64,000 nucleotides of DNA from Candidatus Shapirobacteria bacterium. Lineage in GTDB: Bacteria > Patescibacteriota > Microgenomatia > UBA12405. The stretch covers positions 90,774 to 154,773 of the forward strand of contig JACPHO010000001.1 in the NCBI GenBank assembly GCA_016188545.1, in the 5' to 3' direction. Positions 9,733 to 18,759 of this stretch are shown one piece after another (position 1 is the first letter of the stretch; the number at the start of each line of letters is the position of its first letter). A program made the translations under genes and the position numbers. The notes beneath the pieces are model-generated. The model was not told the origin of the DNA, did no database searches, and worked only from the letters and a program-made list of their open reading frames with translations.

Positions 9733-9859
9733 CTAGTCTTTTGGAGCTTCGGGTGTCCTCTGTGTTTTTATTGTCCTAATCCTTCTGACAATTACACCCA
9801 AACATATAAACATTTCCCGATTTACCGGTAAATGATACATCTCCGATAATTTACGGGAT

Positions 9860-10234
9860 TTGTTGTTATACTCACCCATCAACCAACAAGCCTTAGCTGA
9901 ATTCAAATCCCTTATTACCAGTGCCTCTCCCACCGACCATGTTTCCCGTCAACGGGCTCTCAAAATATTTCTCGACAATAACCGCTTTACCCCCGGGCCC
10001 GACCATGCCATCGAGGCCGAACTAAAAACTGCCATCTACCGAACTCTTAGTGGCCAGCCTTTTAACCCTCGCACGTATGAAACTAGGATTACGACCACTG
10101 TCACCCAACTTACTGCCCCAATTGGCATGCCTGGTCTTCTTGGACAGCTAGGGTTTCCTACCGGAAAAAGAGAAGTCGCAGCCACTTTTCTTGCCGCCAT
10201 GGCCACTGACCTTACCTCCCGACGTCAAATCTAG
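9860..10234 (+). CDS. hypothetical protein
   Basis: 124-aa ORF with no motif. Confidence 0.3.
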   Translation: MLLYSPINQQALAEFKSLITSASPTDHVSRQRALKIFLDNNRFTPGPDHAIEAELKTAIYRTLSGQPFNPRTYETRITTTVTQLTAPIGMPGLLGQLGFPTGKREVAATFLAAMATDLTSRRQI

Positions 10235-10496
10235 TCCGGCCAATTGTTTGGCATCACCGGTATTATTGCTGTCAAGTATTAGACTAACTTAGGACAAATC
10301 GATGCGACGAAAAATGGAATGCCTTGGAGAATAAAAGCCAGTTTCAATTTTGTAGCTGCAATTTCAAACATCTGTAAAATAGGTAAATTCGCCAAAATTC
10401 CTAATGCACAAAGTTGACTCCTTTTGTGACGATAAGTGATGTGATTGTTAGCTTATGCTATAGTGCTTAATTATAACTAAATATATCAAAGTATAT

Positions 10497-10526
10497 TGAC
10501 AATCTCCTGTCATTTGATGTATAATC
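10497..10526 (+). promoter_or_regulatory. consensus sigma-70 promoter TTGACA-18 nt-TATAAT
   Basis: TTGACA (about 10497-10502), 18-nt spacer, TATAAT (about 10521-10526). Read directly. Confidence 0.5.
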
Positions 10527-10539
10527 AAACCAATCAACG

Positions 10540-10575
10540 CTCCGACCATGCGAAAGCCCGTCGGAGTTTTTTTTG
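10540..10575 (+). terminator. intrinsic-terminator-like hairpin (GCTCCGAC / GTCGGAGT stem, GCGAAAGC GNRA mini-hairpin in the loop) followed by T8
   Basis: 7-8-bp GC-rich stem followed directly by TTTTTTTT. It starts about 15 nt after the TATAAT box and about 20 nt before the NYN gene ATG. Confidence 0.55.
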
Positions 10576-10596
10576 TAGAAAAATATATAATAAGGC

Positions 10597-11223
10597 ATGG
10601 ATGATCCAGGTGTTGCTTTGTTTATTGATGGTGAAAATTTAAGACACTATGTCGAGAAAGTTCTTTTAGAAAATGGATTTAAAAAATACGAATACTCAAT
10701 ATTAAGTGTCAATTTTGAAAAAATGTTTCAACAAGCTCTTAAGGGATTGAATATTACAAACAAAACATATTATTCTGCTAAGCTTCAATCGATTCCTGAA
10801 ACAGAAGTAATATCCAAACTCCTTATTGAAAAGCAAAGATTTTTGAAAACCAAGCTTGAGAAACAAGGTTATACATTCATGATTTCAGGTACTGTCCGAC
10901 CTCAATTTGTCGAGAAAGATGGAAAAAAGAAAATTGATTTTAAGGAAAAAGGTGTAGATGTTCGAATAGCAGTAGATTTAATTAAAGCAGCTGTTGATAA
11001 AGAGTACAAAACAGTTGTTTTATGTAGTTCAGATTCCGATCTTCAACCAGCTATAAAAGAGGCAAGAAATCGAGGGTTAGAAATTGTTTATTTAGGATTT
11101 GAACTACAACCGAACAAAGGATTAACATTTACTACCAACAAAACTATACTCTTGAGAGGTTCAGAAATAGTTGATGCTGTTGATAATACAGTTCAACTAA
11201 GTGCGTTTAATATTCAGAAATAA
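10597..11223 (+). CDS. NYN-domain (LabA-like, PIN-fold) protein
   Basis: N-terminal VALFIDGENL and central/C-terminal Asp cluster VLCSSDSDLQPAIKEARNRGLEIV typical of NYN/LabA nuclease-fold proteins. Confidence 0.75.
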   Translation: MDDPGVALFIDGENLRHYVEKVLLENGFKKYEYSILSVNFEKMFQQALKGLNITNKTYYSAKLQSIPETEVISKLLIEKQRFLKTKLEKQGYTFMISGTVRPQFVEKDGKKKIDFKEKGVDVRIAVDLIKAAVDKEYKTVVLCSSDSDLQPAIKEARNRGLEIVYLGFELQPNKGLTFTTNKTILLRGSEIVDAVDNTVQLSAFNIQK

Positions 11224-11425
11224 GCAGGTTTGGCCCTCTTTGAGTCTTGCACAAAAAATACTTTCCGACCTCTTCCCAGATAGTCCGCTCTCCGGCGCTC
11301 AAACTAGATTCACCACACCTCGAAACATCATTCATTAGTCTGCTAACGCTGCTGGTTTGGGATACTTATCTGTCTGCATCAGAGGGGATTTTGGTCATTG
11401 GTTATTCCGAATGATAGAATGAGGC

Positions 11426-13219
11426 ATGGAGTCGCAGGTTCAGGAAATTAAACAAAAGCTGGATATTGTCGAAATTATTGGCAAGTTTCTCCCGCTCAAA
11501 AAGCGTGGTCGCCACTATCTAACCAACTGCCCGTTTCATGGCGAAAAAACCCCCTCATTCACCATCTCCCCAGAGTTACAAATTTTCAAATGTTTTGGCT
11601 GTGGCAAAGCCGGGGACGTTTTTACTTTTATCCAAGAATATGAACATGTCGATTTCAAAGATGCTCTCGAAGACCTCGCCAAAGTGGCTGGGATAGTTCT
11701 CAAAAAAGATCCCCATCTGACCCAAGTCGAAAAACTTCATCGTCGTCTCATCGATCTCAATCAAGAAGCGGCCAAATTCTATCACTACATCCTTACCGCT
11801 CATCCGCTAGGTAAACCGGCTCTCGACTATTTACTAAATCGTCATATCACTCTCGACACTATCAAAACATTTCGGCTGGGTTATTCGCCCTCAAATCCCG
11901 AATTGGTTTCAAACTATCTTCAAAAAAAAGGTTTTACAAAGGCGGAGATGTTGGCGAGTGGTACCTATGGCACCTCCCGTTATGGCAATAGTATGTATGA
12001 TCGGTTTCTTGGTCGGGTCATCTTCCCCCAGTCAGATTTTCGTGACCGCATATTAGGGTTTTCAGGACGGATATTACCATCCGATAAATCCCAAAATCAA
12101 GCCAAATACATCAATTCGCCCGAGACCGATATATACCACAAAAGTCAGATGCTTTACGGAATCAATCTTGCTCGAGAAGAAATTAAACGCCAAAAATCAA
12201 CCATTATTGTCGAAGGTGAGTTCGATATGATTTCACCTTATCAAGAGGGGATTAAAAATATTGTCGCCATCAAAGGAACTGCTTTCACTACCGAACAACT
12301 TCAACTTCTTCACCGTTACACTGATACACTCATCCTCGCCCTAGATGAGGATTTGGCGGGTACAAATGCTTCTCTTAAAAGTATCGAAGTCGCCGACACC
12401 ATGGGATTCGATATCCATGTCATCGATCTCCAAAATAAGTTCAAAGATCCTGACGAAGCCATAATGGCTGACCCCCAATTTTTTAAAACCCAGTTGGCCA
12501 CTCCGGTTCCCATCTGGGATTTTATTATCAATTCAGCTCTAAAATCTCACGATTCGTCTACTCCCAAGGGCAAACAAGACATCCTTCGCCAAGTCCTCCC
12601 TTTCCTTGCCAAAATTTCCAATTTAGTCACCCGTTCCGATTATCTAAGTAAACTAGCAAGTCAGCTTGGCTCCTCACCCGAGGCAGTTATTGCCGAGTCT
12701 CAGAAATACAAAAATAATTCATCCAAATTAATTGAAGATCAAAGTTTGAAGATTGAAGATCTACCCGCAAAAATTCCCAAAATGGATATCCTAGAAGAAC
12801 ATCTTCTTAGTCTAATTTTTTCTGCCAAAAAACCCTATCTTCTGGCAACTAAAATCACCGAACATTTTGCATTTATTACCCAACGTTACCAAAAAGTCTT
12901 TAGTTATCTTCTAAAACCCCGTAAAAATTTTGTGGCCGCCAAGTTTGCCTCCCGTTTACCACCAGAACTATCATCGGTCTTTCAGGATATTTTTCTTCAC
13001 TCTACCCAGTTTGAATTTGACTCCCACTCTCGGCTATCAGAGATCAACAAAACTATCAATCAGATCAAATCGATTACCTATAAAGACCAGTTAACCACCC
13101 TGAGCACAAAAATTGCTCAAGCTGAAAATCAGGGAGAAGAAGAAATTGTCAAAAAACTGGAACAGGATTATAATCATATACTCTCAGAATTGTCTCAGGT
13201 CCAATCTACAAAAAGGTAG
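11426..13219 (+). CDS. dnaG: DNA primase
   Basis: CHC2 zinc finger [11 protein letters not shown]...[15 protein letters not shown] segment [11 protein letters not shown] and LALDEDLAG. Confidence 0.95.
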   Translation: MESQVQEIKQKLDIVEIIGKFLPLKKRGRHYLTNCPFHGEKTPSFTISPELQIFKCFGCGKAGDVFTFIQEYEHVDFKDALEDLAKVAGIVLKKDPHLTQVEKLHRRLIDLNQEAAKFYHYILTAHPLGKPALDYLLNRHITLDTIKTFRLGYSPSNPELVSNYLQKKGFTKAEMLASGTYGTSRYGNSMYDRFLGRVIFPQSDFRDRILGFSGRILPSDKSQNQAKYINSPETDIYHKSQMLYGINLAREEIKRQKSTIIVEGEFDMISPYQEGIKNIVAIKGTAFTTEQLQLLHRYTDTLILALDEDLAGTNASLKSIEVADTMGFDIHVIDLQNKFKDPDEAIMADPQFFKTQLATPVPIWDFIINSALKSHDSSTPKGKQDILRQVLPFLAKISNLVTRSDYLSKLASQLGSSPEAVIAESQKYKNNSSKLIEDQSLKIEDLPAKIPKMDILEEHLLSLIFSAKKPYLLATKITEHFAFITQRYQKVFSYLLKPRKNFVAAKFASRLPPELSSVFQDIFLHSTQFEFDSHSRLSEINKTINQIKSITYKDQLTTLSTKIAQAENQGEEEIVKKLEQDYNHILSELSQVQSTKR

Positions 13220-13250
13220 ATTTATCCCGTTCTTTCGTATACAATATAAC

Positions 13251-14339
13251 CCAATGCCAACTCCTCTCAACTTCCCCAAAATAAAACAGTCGTTAGTTGC
13301 CACCGCCAAAAAACTTCACTACCTTACCCAAGATGAGATACTCGCTGTCGTTGCCGAGCCCGAAAAATACATTGACGAAATCGACAATCTCTTTGATTAT
13401 CTTTTCGAAAAAGGTATCGATGTCTTCGATAAAGTCGAGTCTCAGGCTCTAGTTGATGTCAAAAAAGAAAAAGCCAACAATGCCGAGCTTTTGGCCATGC
13501 TTACTCAGAAAAATACTGTCGACTCTGTTCGCATGTATCTCAAGGAGATCGGTAAAATCGATCTTTTGACATTTGCTCAGGAAGTTGAATACGCCAAAGC
13601 CATCGAAAAAGGTTCCGACGAAGCCCGTGCTAACCTTATCAATGCCAACCTTCGTTTGGTAGTTTCTATTGCCAAAAAATACATCGGCCGTGGACTCTCA
13701 TTTTTAGATCTGGTTCAAGAGGGGAACCAAGGACTTATGCGCGCCGTCGAAAAATTCGACTGGAAGCGCGGATTCAAATTTAGCACTTATGCCACCTGGT
13801 GGATTCGTCAAGCCATCACCCGCGCTATCGCCGACCAAGCCAAGACTATCCGTATTCCTGTTCACATGGTCGAAACTATCAACAAAGTTTACAAGGCGAC
13901 TCGCGCCCTTACCCAGCGTCTCGGTCACGAACCATCCATCGAACAAATCGCCGACGAAGTTGGTATCACTATCGAAAAAGTCGAAGAAATTTATCGTATT
14001 TCCCAAGACACCACCTCTCTGGCTACACCAGTCGGTGACGATGAAGACTCGTTTCTGGGTGATTTTATCGAAGACACTACTCAGCTCTCACCCTATGAAG
14101 AAACCAGTATGGAGCTACTTCGCGAATCCATCGAAGAAGTTCTCGAAAGTCTTGACGAGCGCGAATCAAAAGTTCTCTCCCTCCGTTTTGGTCTAATGGG
14201 TGAAACCCCAAAAACCCTCGAAGAAGTCGGCAAGATTTTCAATGTCACCCGTGAGCGCATTCGTCAGATCGAAGCCAAGGCATTGAGAAAGTTGAGACAT
14301 CCAAGCAGACGTAAAAAGTTGCAGGATTATCTAGAATAA
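13251..14339 (+). CDS. rpoD: primary RNA polymerase sigma factor (sigma-70)
   Basis: Region 2 [41 protein letters not shown]. Regions 3 and 4 are present. The start is placed at MPTPLN (13251) rather than the track start 13113, which would overlap dnaG. Confidence 0.95.
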   Translation, partial: PMPTPLNFPKIKQSLVATAKKLHYLTQDEILAVVAEPEKYIDEIDNLFDYLFEKGIDVFDKVESQALVDVKKEKANNAELLAMLTQKNTVDSVRMYLKEIGKIDLLTFAQEVEYAKAIEKGSDEARANLINANLRLVVSIAKKYIGRGLSFLDLVQEGNQGLMRAVEKFDWKRGFKFSTYATWWIRQAITRAIADQAKTIRIPVHMVETINKVYKATRALTQRLGHEPSIEQIADEVGITIEKVEEIYRISQDTTSLATPVGDDEDSFLGDFIEDTTQLSPYEETSMELLRESIEEVLESLDERESKVLSLRFGLMGETPKTLEEVGKIFNVTRERIRQIEAKALRKLRHPSRRKKLQDYLE

Positions 14340-14651
14340 ACTATGTTCGACAAACTACTTAGCCCTTTTCCAGCGCAACCCGATGGTAGTCGTTTGCTAT
14401 ATCGCAAATAGACTGCAAGAATAGCCACTGTTGAAGAGATGAGCACGGAGTCAGGATCTGTTGATACATCAAATATTGGCAGAGTAGTCATTACAACTCA
14501 CAAAAATTTTGGCGAACCAATTAAGGTCGAAATCGAACCGGGTCAAGTATCGGTACTTCCTGCCATAAATATCGAAACTACAGTTACACTAATGCCTCGA
14601 AAACCAAAAAGTTAGACCAATAGTTTGTTTTCACTGCAAGACAATAAACTA

Positions 14652-14830
14652 CGTCATTGCGCCTGCCCGCCTCTGGAGGGAGGAGCATTTACCATAGTGA
14701 CCTGCCTACCGGCAGGCAGGCGTGACAACCTCGTTGGAACCTCCACAGCCTCTCGCCACAGTAGCCTCTCGCCACAGTCTTATTTACGTTTTTACTTTTG
14801 TCTTTTGAATTTTGAATTTTTTTTACACAT
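14652..14830 (+). repeat. GC-rich hairpin repeat element copy B plus AT-rich tail module
   Basis: TCATTGCG at 14654. Hairpin CCTGCC-TACC-GGCAGG at 14701-14716. 3' box GACAACCTCGTTGGAACCTCCACAGCC at 14724-14750. Tandem 11-mer TCTCGCCACAG x2. Then TCTTATTTACGTTTTTACTTTTG...TTTTGAATTTTGAATTTT. Confidence 0.6.
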
Positions 14831-14848
14831 TTTGTCATACAATTAGTT

Positions 14849-16093
14849 GTGTCCAAAAAGTTATTTTTCATAGGTTTTTTCCTCATCTCTATTCTCTATC
14901 TTTTTCTCCGTCTTTGGCAGCTTCCTCAAAAACTCGACTTCCGTCTCGATCAGGCTTTCTTTCTCACCGAGAGTAAGTCGACGATCGAGTCATCCACTCC
15001 GCGACTCCTTGGCCCTCCCACATCTAAAATTTTCGAAGGTCGTAGTTTTTATGTCGGATCTAATTACTATTATCTTTTAGGAGTCATCGGTCACCTCAAC
15101 AGTTGGGATCCTTTAGCTATCACCATCTTTTTTATTATTTTCGAATTCATTTTTTATCTCCTTTTTATATATTTTTTGAGACAAAAATTCGGCATAACTT
15201 CCTCCCTTTTAGTCTTTTGGTTTATTGCGGTATCACCTTATTTAGTCGCCCACAGTCGCTTCTTTTGGAATCCTCATATGTTGATACCATTATCAATTAT
15301 TGCGCTATATAGCCTGGAAAAATATATCGCCACTCATAAATATATTTTCCTGATCCTCGCTTCTTTTGCCTGGGGACTGGCTTTCTCCTGTCACTACAGC
15401 CCTATTTTTTGGCTGCCGATTTTTATCTATTTTTTAATCAAGTCGAAACTATTCATAAACCCGCCCGTCCGGCAGGCGGGTCTTAAATCATACCTCATAA
15501 TTCTTCTAGGCATTTTTATTGGCGATCTGCCTTTTTTCATTTTCGAACTCCGCCATCAGTTTTATAACCTCCGGACATTTTTCTTTGTCTACTCCCATTC
15601 CATCGAAAGCGGGGGACTCACCTCCCACTATTTCATCTTCCCCCTTTTAGTTTTTACTTTTTATTTTTTATTTTTGTTTTTTTCTCACCGTCTTGTTCTA
15701 ATTTCTAGTTTCCTGTTTCTCGTTACTACCTATCAATTCTATCTCTACCCCCACTACCCCTCGCTCGGAGCCGTCGCCGGTTGGGATTATCCCACCCAGG
15801 TCAGAGTCGCTGATTATATAAGTAAAAACTGCCCCTCAAACTTTAACGTTGCCGCCACCATACAAGGGGATACTCGTTTTTATGATTTGCGTTTTTTACT
15901 AGAGAAAAATAATTGTCATCCCGATAGTGTCGATGCTTATCCCACTTCCAAAACATTATTTCTAGTTTCACCCCATGATCGATCTCCTGAAGCCGAGACA
16001 GTTTGGGAAGTCGACTCGCTTCGTCCCTTTACTATCACTTCAAAAACCAAGTTAAACGATTTTCTTGATCTCTATTTCCTCACCCGCCTTTAG
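14849..16093 (+). CDS. polytopic membrane protein, possibly GT-C-fold (ArnT/PMT-like) glycosyltransferase
   Basis: 414 aa with more than 10 TM helices. First predicted loop after TM1 carries an acidic motif (RLDQAFFLTE). Family assignment is weak. Confidence 0.4.
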   Translation: MSKKLFFIGFFLISILYLFLRLWQLPQKLDFRLDQAFFLTESKSTIESSTPRLLGPPTSKIFEGRSFYVGSNYYYLLGVIGHLNSWDPLAITIFFIIFEFIFYLLFIYFLRQKFGITSSLLVFWFIAVSPYLVAHSRFFWNPHMLIPLSIIALYSLEKYIATHKYIFLILASFAWGLAFSCHYSPIFWLPIFIYFLIKSKLFINPPVRQAGLKSYLIILLGIFIGDLPFFIFELRHQFYNLRTFFFVYSHSIESGGLTSHYFIFPLLVFTFYFLFLFFSHRLVLISSFLFLVTTYQFYLYPHYPSLGAVAGWDYPTQVRVADYISKNCPSNFNVAATIQGDTRFYDLRFLLEKNNCHPDSVDAYPTSKTLFLVSPHDRSPEAETVWEVDSLRPFTITSKTKLNDFLDLYFLTRL

Positions 16094-16127
16094 TTAGTCT
16101 CCAATTCGTCTCTGGTTTCTTTTTATC

Positions 16128-16156
16128 GTTTTTACTTTTTACTTTTGAATTTTGTT
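16128..16156. repeat. 29-bp AT-rich direct repeat GTTTTTACTTTTTACTTTTGAATTTTGTT, copy 1
   Basis: Identical 29-mer recurs at 16627-16655. The two copies bracket the 155-aa histidine-phosphatase gene. Each copy abuts the stop codon of a minus-strand gene. Confidence 0.7.
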
Positions 16157-16606
16157 TTTATCATCCTGCATTTCCACTGCCACCATCTGTCCATTCTCCA
16201 ACCGTCTTTTATTATCGTCTTGCAGGTAAGAAATCATTTCAATAGTTGAGAGGTGACTAATTACTAAGATTGTATCGTTTGGCTCATGATCGTATCTTAA
16301 ATCATCCAAAAACAAATCAATCTTATCTTTAAAGTGTTCATAATTCTCACTTTTCTTTTTATGTCCCACTAGGCTAGTTAGGTAAATTGGCATATCATCA
16401 TCGCGTACCCGCAATATTTCATCTAGTGTTTGAATACATCTTGGTTTTGGTGAGCAATATATAGCATCAAATTTCTGGTCTTTCAAACTCTCTGCCAGCT
16501 TTATAGCCTGAACCACTCCAACAGCAGTTAAGTTGTTTTCATCTCCAGCAACTTTATAACCCCGATTATGAGCGGATTCTCCATGTCGGACTAATATCAA
16601 TTTCAT
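16139..16606 (-). CDS. histidine phosphatase (phosphoglycerate-mutase family)
   Basis: N-terminal LILVRHGESAHN (RHG catalytic motif). Confidence 0.85.
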   Translation of the reverse strand: MKLILVRHGESAHNRGYKVAGDENNLTAVGVVQAIKLAESLKDQKFDAIYCSPKPRCIQTLDEILRVRDDDMPIYLTSLVGHKKKSENYEHFKDKIDLFLDDLRYDHEPNDTILVISHLSTIEMISYLQDDNKRRLENGQMVAVEMQDDKNKIQK

Positions 16607-16626
16607 ATGCGCTATTTTACAATATA

Positions 16627-16655
16627 GTTTTTACTTTTTACTTTTGAATTTTGTT
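16627..16655. repeat. 29-bp AT-rich direct repeat, copy 2
   Basis: Identical to 16128-16156. Related TTTTTACTTTTGAATTTTG-like tails follow repeat copies B and C. Confidence 0.7.
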
Positions 16656-16661
16656 CTTACT

Positions 16662-17270
16662 CTACACTTCAACTCCCAGTTTTTTGATCTCTCCCATAAA
16701 TTGCTCAAAATCAGTGTACAAAAAGGCACTTATCCCCACACTTTTAGCCGATTCAACAGTTGGGTCAAAGTCATCGGCAAAGGCGATTTCAGATGCCTCC
16801 ACCCCCGACTTTCGTATCAATTCTTCAAACAATTTTTTATCCGGTTTATTAAATCCGACTTCATACGACAGCGCCCAAGCATCAAAATTATCAAGGAATC
16901 CAAACCGTTTTTGCAATCCGCTTATTCGAGCAGGAAAATTACTACTGCAGATTAGTGTTTTGTATCCCTTCTGTCGAACAGTTTTTACAACTTCTACTAC
17001 ATGTTCATTTGCCTCATATCCCTCTATTAGTAAGTCCATTAATTCAGTCGGTGAGGCACTTATTCTCCACTCAGTTGCCGCCCAGCTCCAAAATTCTTCG
17101 TCGCCCATTTTCCCGGTTTTATAAAGTTCGTTCATTTGTTCGCTTTTCAGAAACACCCTTTTAGCTTCATCTTCACTTACACCATATATTCTTCCCAAAT
17201 TAGCTATAAAATTTTCCTTACCCCTCAGAAAATAAACCCCATCCAAGTCAAAAGTAATTGCTTTTACCAT
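16662..17270 (-). CDS. HAD-superfamily hydrolase
   Basis: Motif I ITFDLDGV (DxDG). Overall HAD-like length. Confidence 0.8.
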   Translation of the reverse strand: MVKAITFDLDGVYFLRGKENFIANLGRIYGVSEDEAKRVFLKSEQMNELYKTGKMGDEEFWSWAATEWRISASPTELMDLLIEGYEANEHVVEVVKTVRQKGYKTLICSSNFPARISGLQKRFGFLDNFDAWALSYEVGFNKPDKKLFEELIRKSGVEASEIAFADDFDPTVESAKSVGISAFLYTDFEQFMGEIKKLGVEV

Positions 17271-17665
17271 TTGCCTATTTTATCACTAGCATCAGTACCT
17301 AATTTATCCTTCTATCTCTCAACACTATCCCTGGTTTCATCGTGTTTTTGGCCGGGTCATAAGTTTAGAATATATGATCACTATGACTAAACATCATGTG
17401 TCTATCCAGTGATGACTCTAATAACATTCTGCCAACTTAGGTATCATGTGCAAATTCCGCTGCCACTTCCCTGCACTCCGAACAGACAATTACTTTTTTA
17501 GTTCTTCCGTCAATTGTCCTAACTTCTATTGTTCCCTTGATTTGGGCAGTACTATTATCCATTGGGTATTATAGCCTATATTTGGGTAAATATGTAGGTA
17601 AATTTATTATTTTCAACATAAAGGCATAGCCTACTAATCTGTAGTTCGTTGTATTAATATTAATT

Positions 17666-18343
17666 ATGGGATTTGCAGGAAAAGTGGCTGAAAAAGAGTA
17701 TGCTATTTCTCTAAGAGAAAAAGGTTACTCCTATAATCAAATTCAAAAAATCACCGGACTTTCAAAGGATACTATTTCAAGGTCATGTCGTGACGTAGTT
17801 CTAACTTCACAACAAATTAAACATCTTGAATCTCGGCGTACTGCTGGGCAAATGTTAGCTTCTATTAAGGGAGCAAAAGCCAACCAACTCAAAAGACAAA
17901 TAATGCAACAGCAATTACTTGACGAAGGTATAAAGCAGGTTGGTGAGTTGTCCGTTCGAGATAAATTTATTTTCGGAATCTCTCTTTACCTTGGCGAGGG
18001 TTCCAAAACGGGCAGTGGTGTCGAATTTACAAATTCCGACCCGTCCACGGTTTTGTTCATGTACAGATGGTTTAAAGATTTCTGTGAAATACCCAGTAAA
18101 GACATCAGGGCTAGTCTGTGGATACACGATAATCTAGATGAATCCAAAGCAAAAACATATTGGTCAGAGCTACTCGGAATTAACTTAGATCAGTTTGATA
18201 AGTCATACATCGCCAAAAACAAATTAAATAGCCTTAAAGTACGTAAAAATATTCATCAATACGGTATCATTAAACTAAGATACTATAGTGTAGTTAAATT
18301 ACGCCTAATATTAGGCTGGATAAAAGGTGTACTTTCTGGCTAA
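17666..18343 (+). CDS. HTH-domain protein with a C-terminal LAGLIDADG-like (homing-endonuclease-like) region
   Basis: N-terminal helix-turn-helix (YSYNQIQKITGLSKDTISR). Downstream FIFGISLYLGEGSKTGSGVEFTNSD...IRASLWIHD...LLGI...K resembles a single, variant LAGLIDADG core. It ends 47 nt before the intron-containing tRNA. Confidence 0.3.
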   Translation: MGFAGKVAEKEYAISLREKGYSYNQIQKITGLSKDTISRSCRDVVLTSQQIKHLESRRTAGQMLASIKGAKANQLKRQIMQQQLLDEGIKQVGELSVRDKFIFGISLYLGEGSKTGSGVEFTNSDPSTVLFMYRWFKDFCEIPSKDIRASLWIHDNLDESKAKTYWSELLGINLDQFDKSYIAKNKLNSLKVRKNIHQYGIIKLRYYSVVKLRLILGWIKGVLSG

Positions 18344-18390
18344 CTTGAATGATATAATCATCAAGTTCTCGCACATTTAACAATCAATCT

Positions 18391-18682
18391 TCCCCCTTAG
18401 CTCAGTGGTAGAGCGCTCGCCTGTGAATGAAAATCGCAGCTTTCTCAAGTAATTGAGACTGAAACTCCGGAAGAATTCAGGGAAGCCTAAGATACCTTAC
18501 GGTATTATGGTAATCCTGAGCCGATCCCCAACGCAAAGTTGGGGCAGGTGCAGAGACTAGGTGGTACACCGTTTAGCCTCCGGCTCCTGACTATTGTCAG
18601 GATGAAAAGATAGTCCAGGCCTCAATGAAAGTTGAGGATTCCTGTAAGCGATTGGTCCGAAGTTCGAATCTTCGAGGGGGAG
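18391..18682 (+). tRNA. tRNA-Asn(GUU) split by a group I intron between nt 35 and 36
   Basis: Exons 18391-18424 and 18645-18682 fold into a cloverleaf: acceptor UCCCCCU/AGGGGGA, D-arm GCUC-AGUGGUA-GAGC, anticodon stem CUCGC/GCGAU, loop CUGUUAA, T-arm CGAAG-UUCGAAU-CUUCG. It has U1-A72 and discriminator G73. No CCA is encoded. Confidence 0.7.
18425..18644 (+). ncRNA. group I self-splicing intron (small tRNA-type, no ORF)
   Basis: Recognised pairings: P1 exon CUGU with intron GCAG; P2 TCTCAA/TTGAGA; P6 CCCCAA/TTGGGG; P7 GACTA/TAGTC within conserved CAGAGACTA and AAGATAGTCC elements; P8 CCTGAC/GTCAGG; P9 CCTCAA/TTGAGG. Terminal G at 18644. Confidence 0.75.
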
Positions 18683-18759
18683 CAAGTATAAAAAATACCT
18701 AAAAATACGTAATATATGTGTATGTTATCTCCAACATGGGAGACAAAGTATAATACATC

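Noticed and set aside
13113-13250. Six-frame ORF start of rpoD at 13113 overlapping dnaG by about 100 nt
   Set aside because: The first in-frame ATG after the dnaG stop (MPTPLN, 13251) gives a normal sigma-70 N-terminus. The upstream extension is Arg/Ile-rich read-through of the dnaG 3' end.
18416-18427. Reading the unspliced anticodon region CTCGC-CTGTGAA as a His (GUG) anticodon loop
   Set aside because: No complementary 3' stem strand follows. The stem partner GCGAT is found only after removing the 220-nt group I intron, which yields CUGUUAA (Asn).
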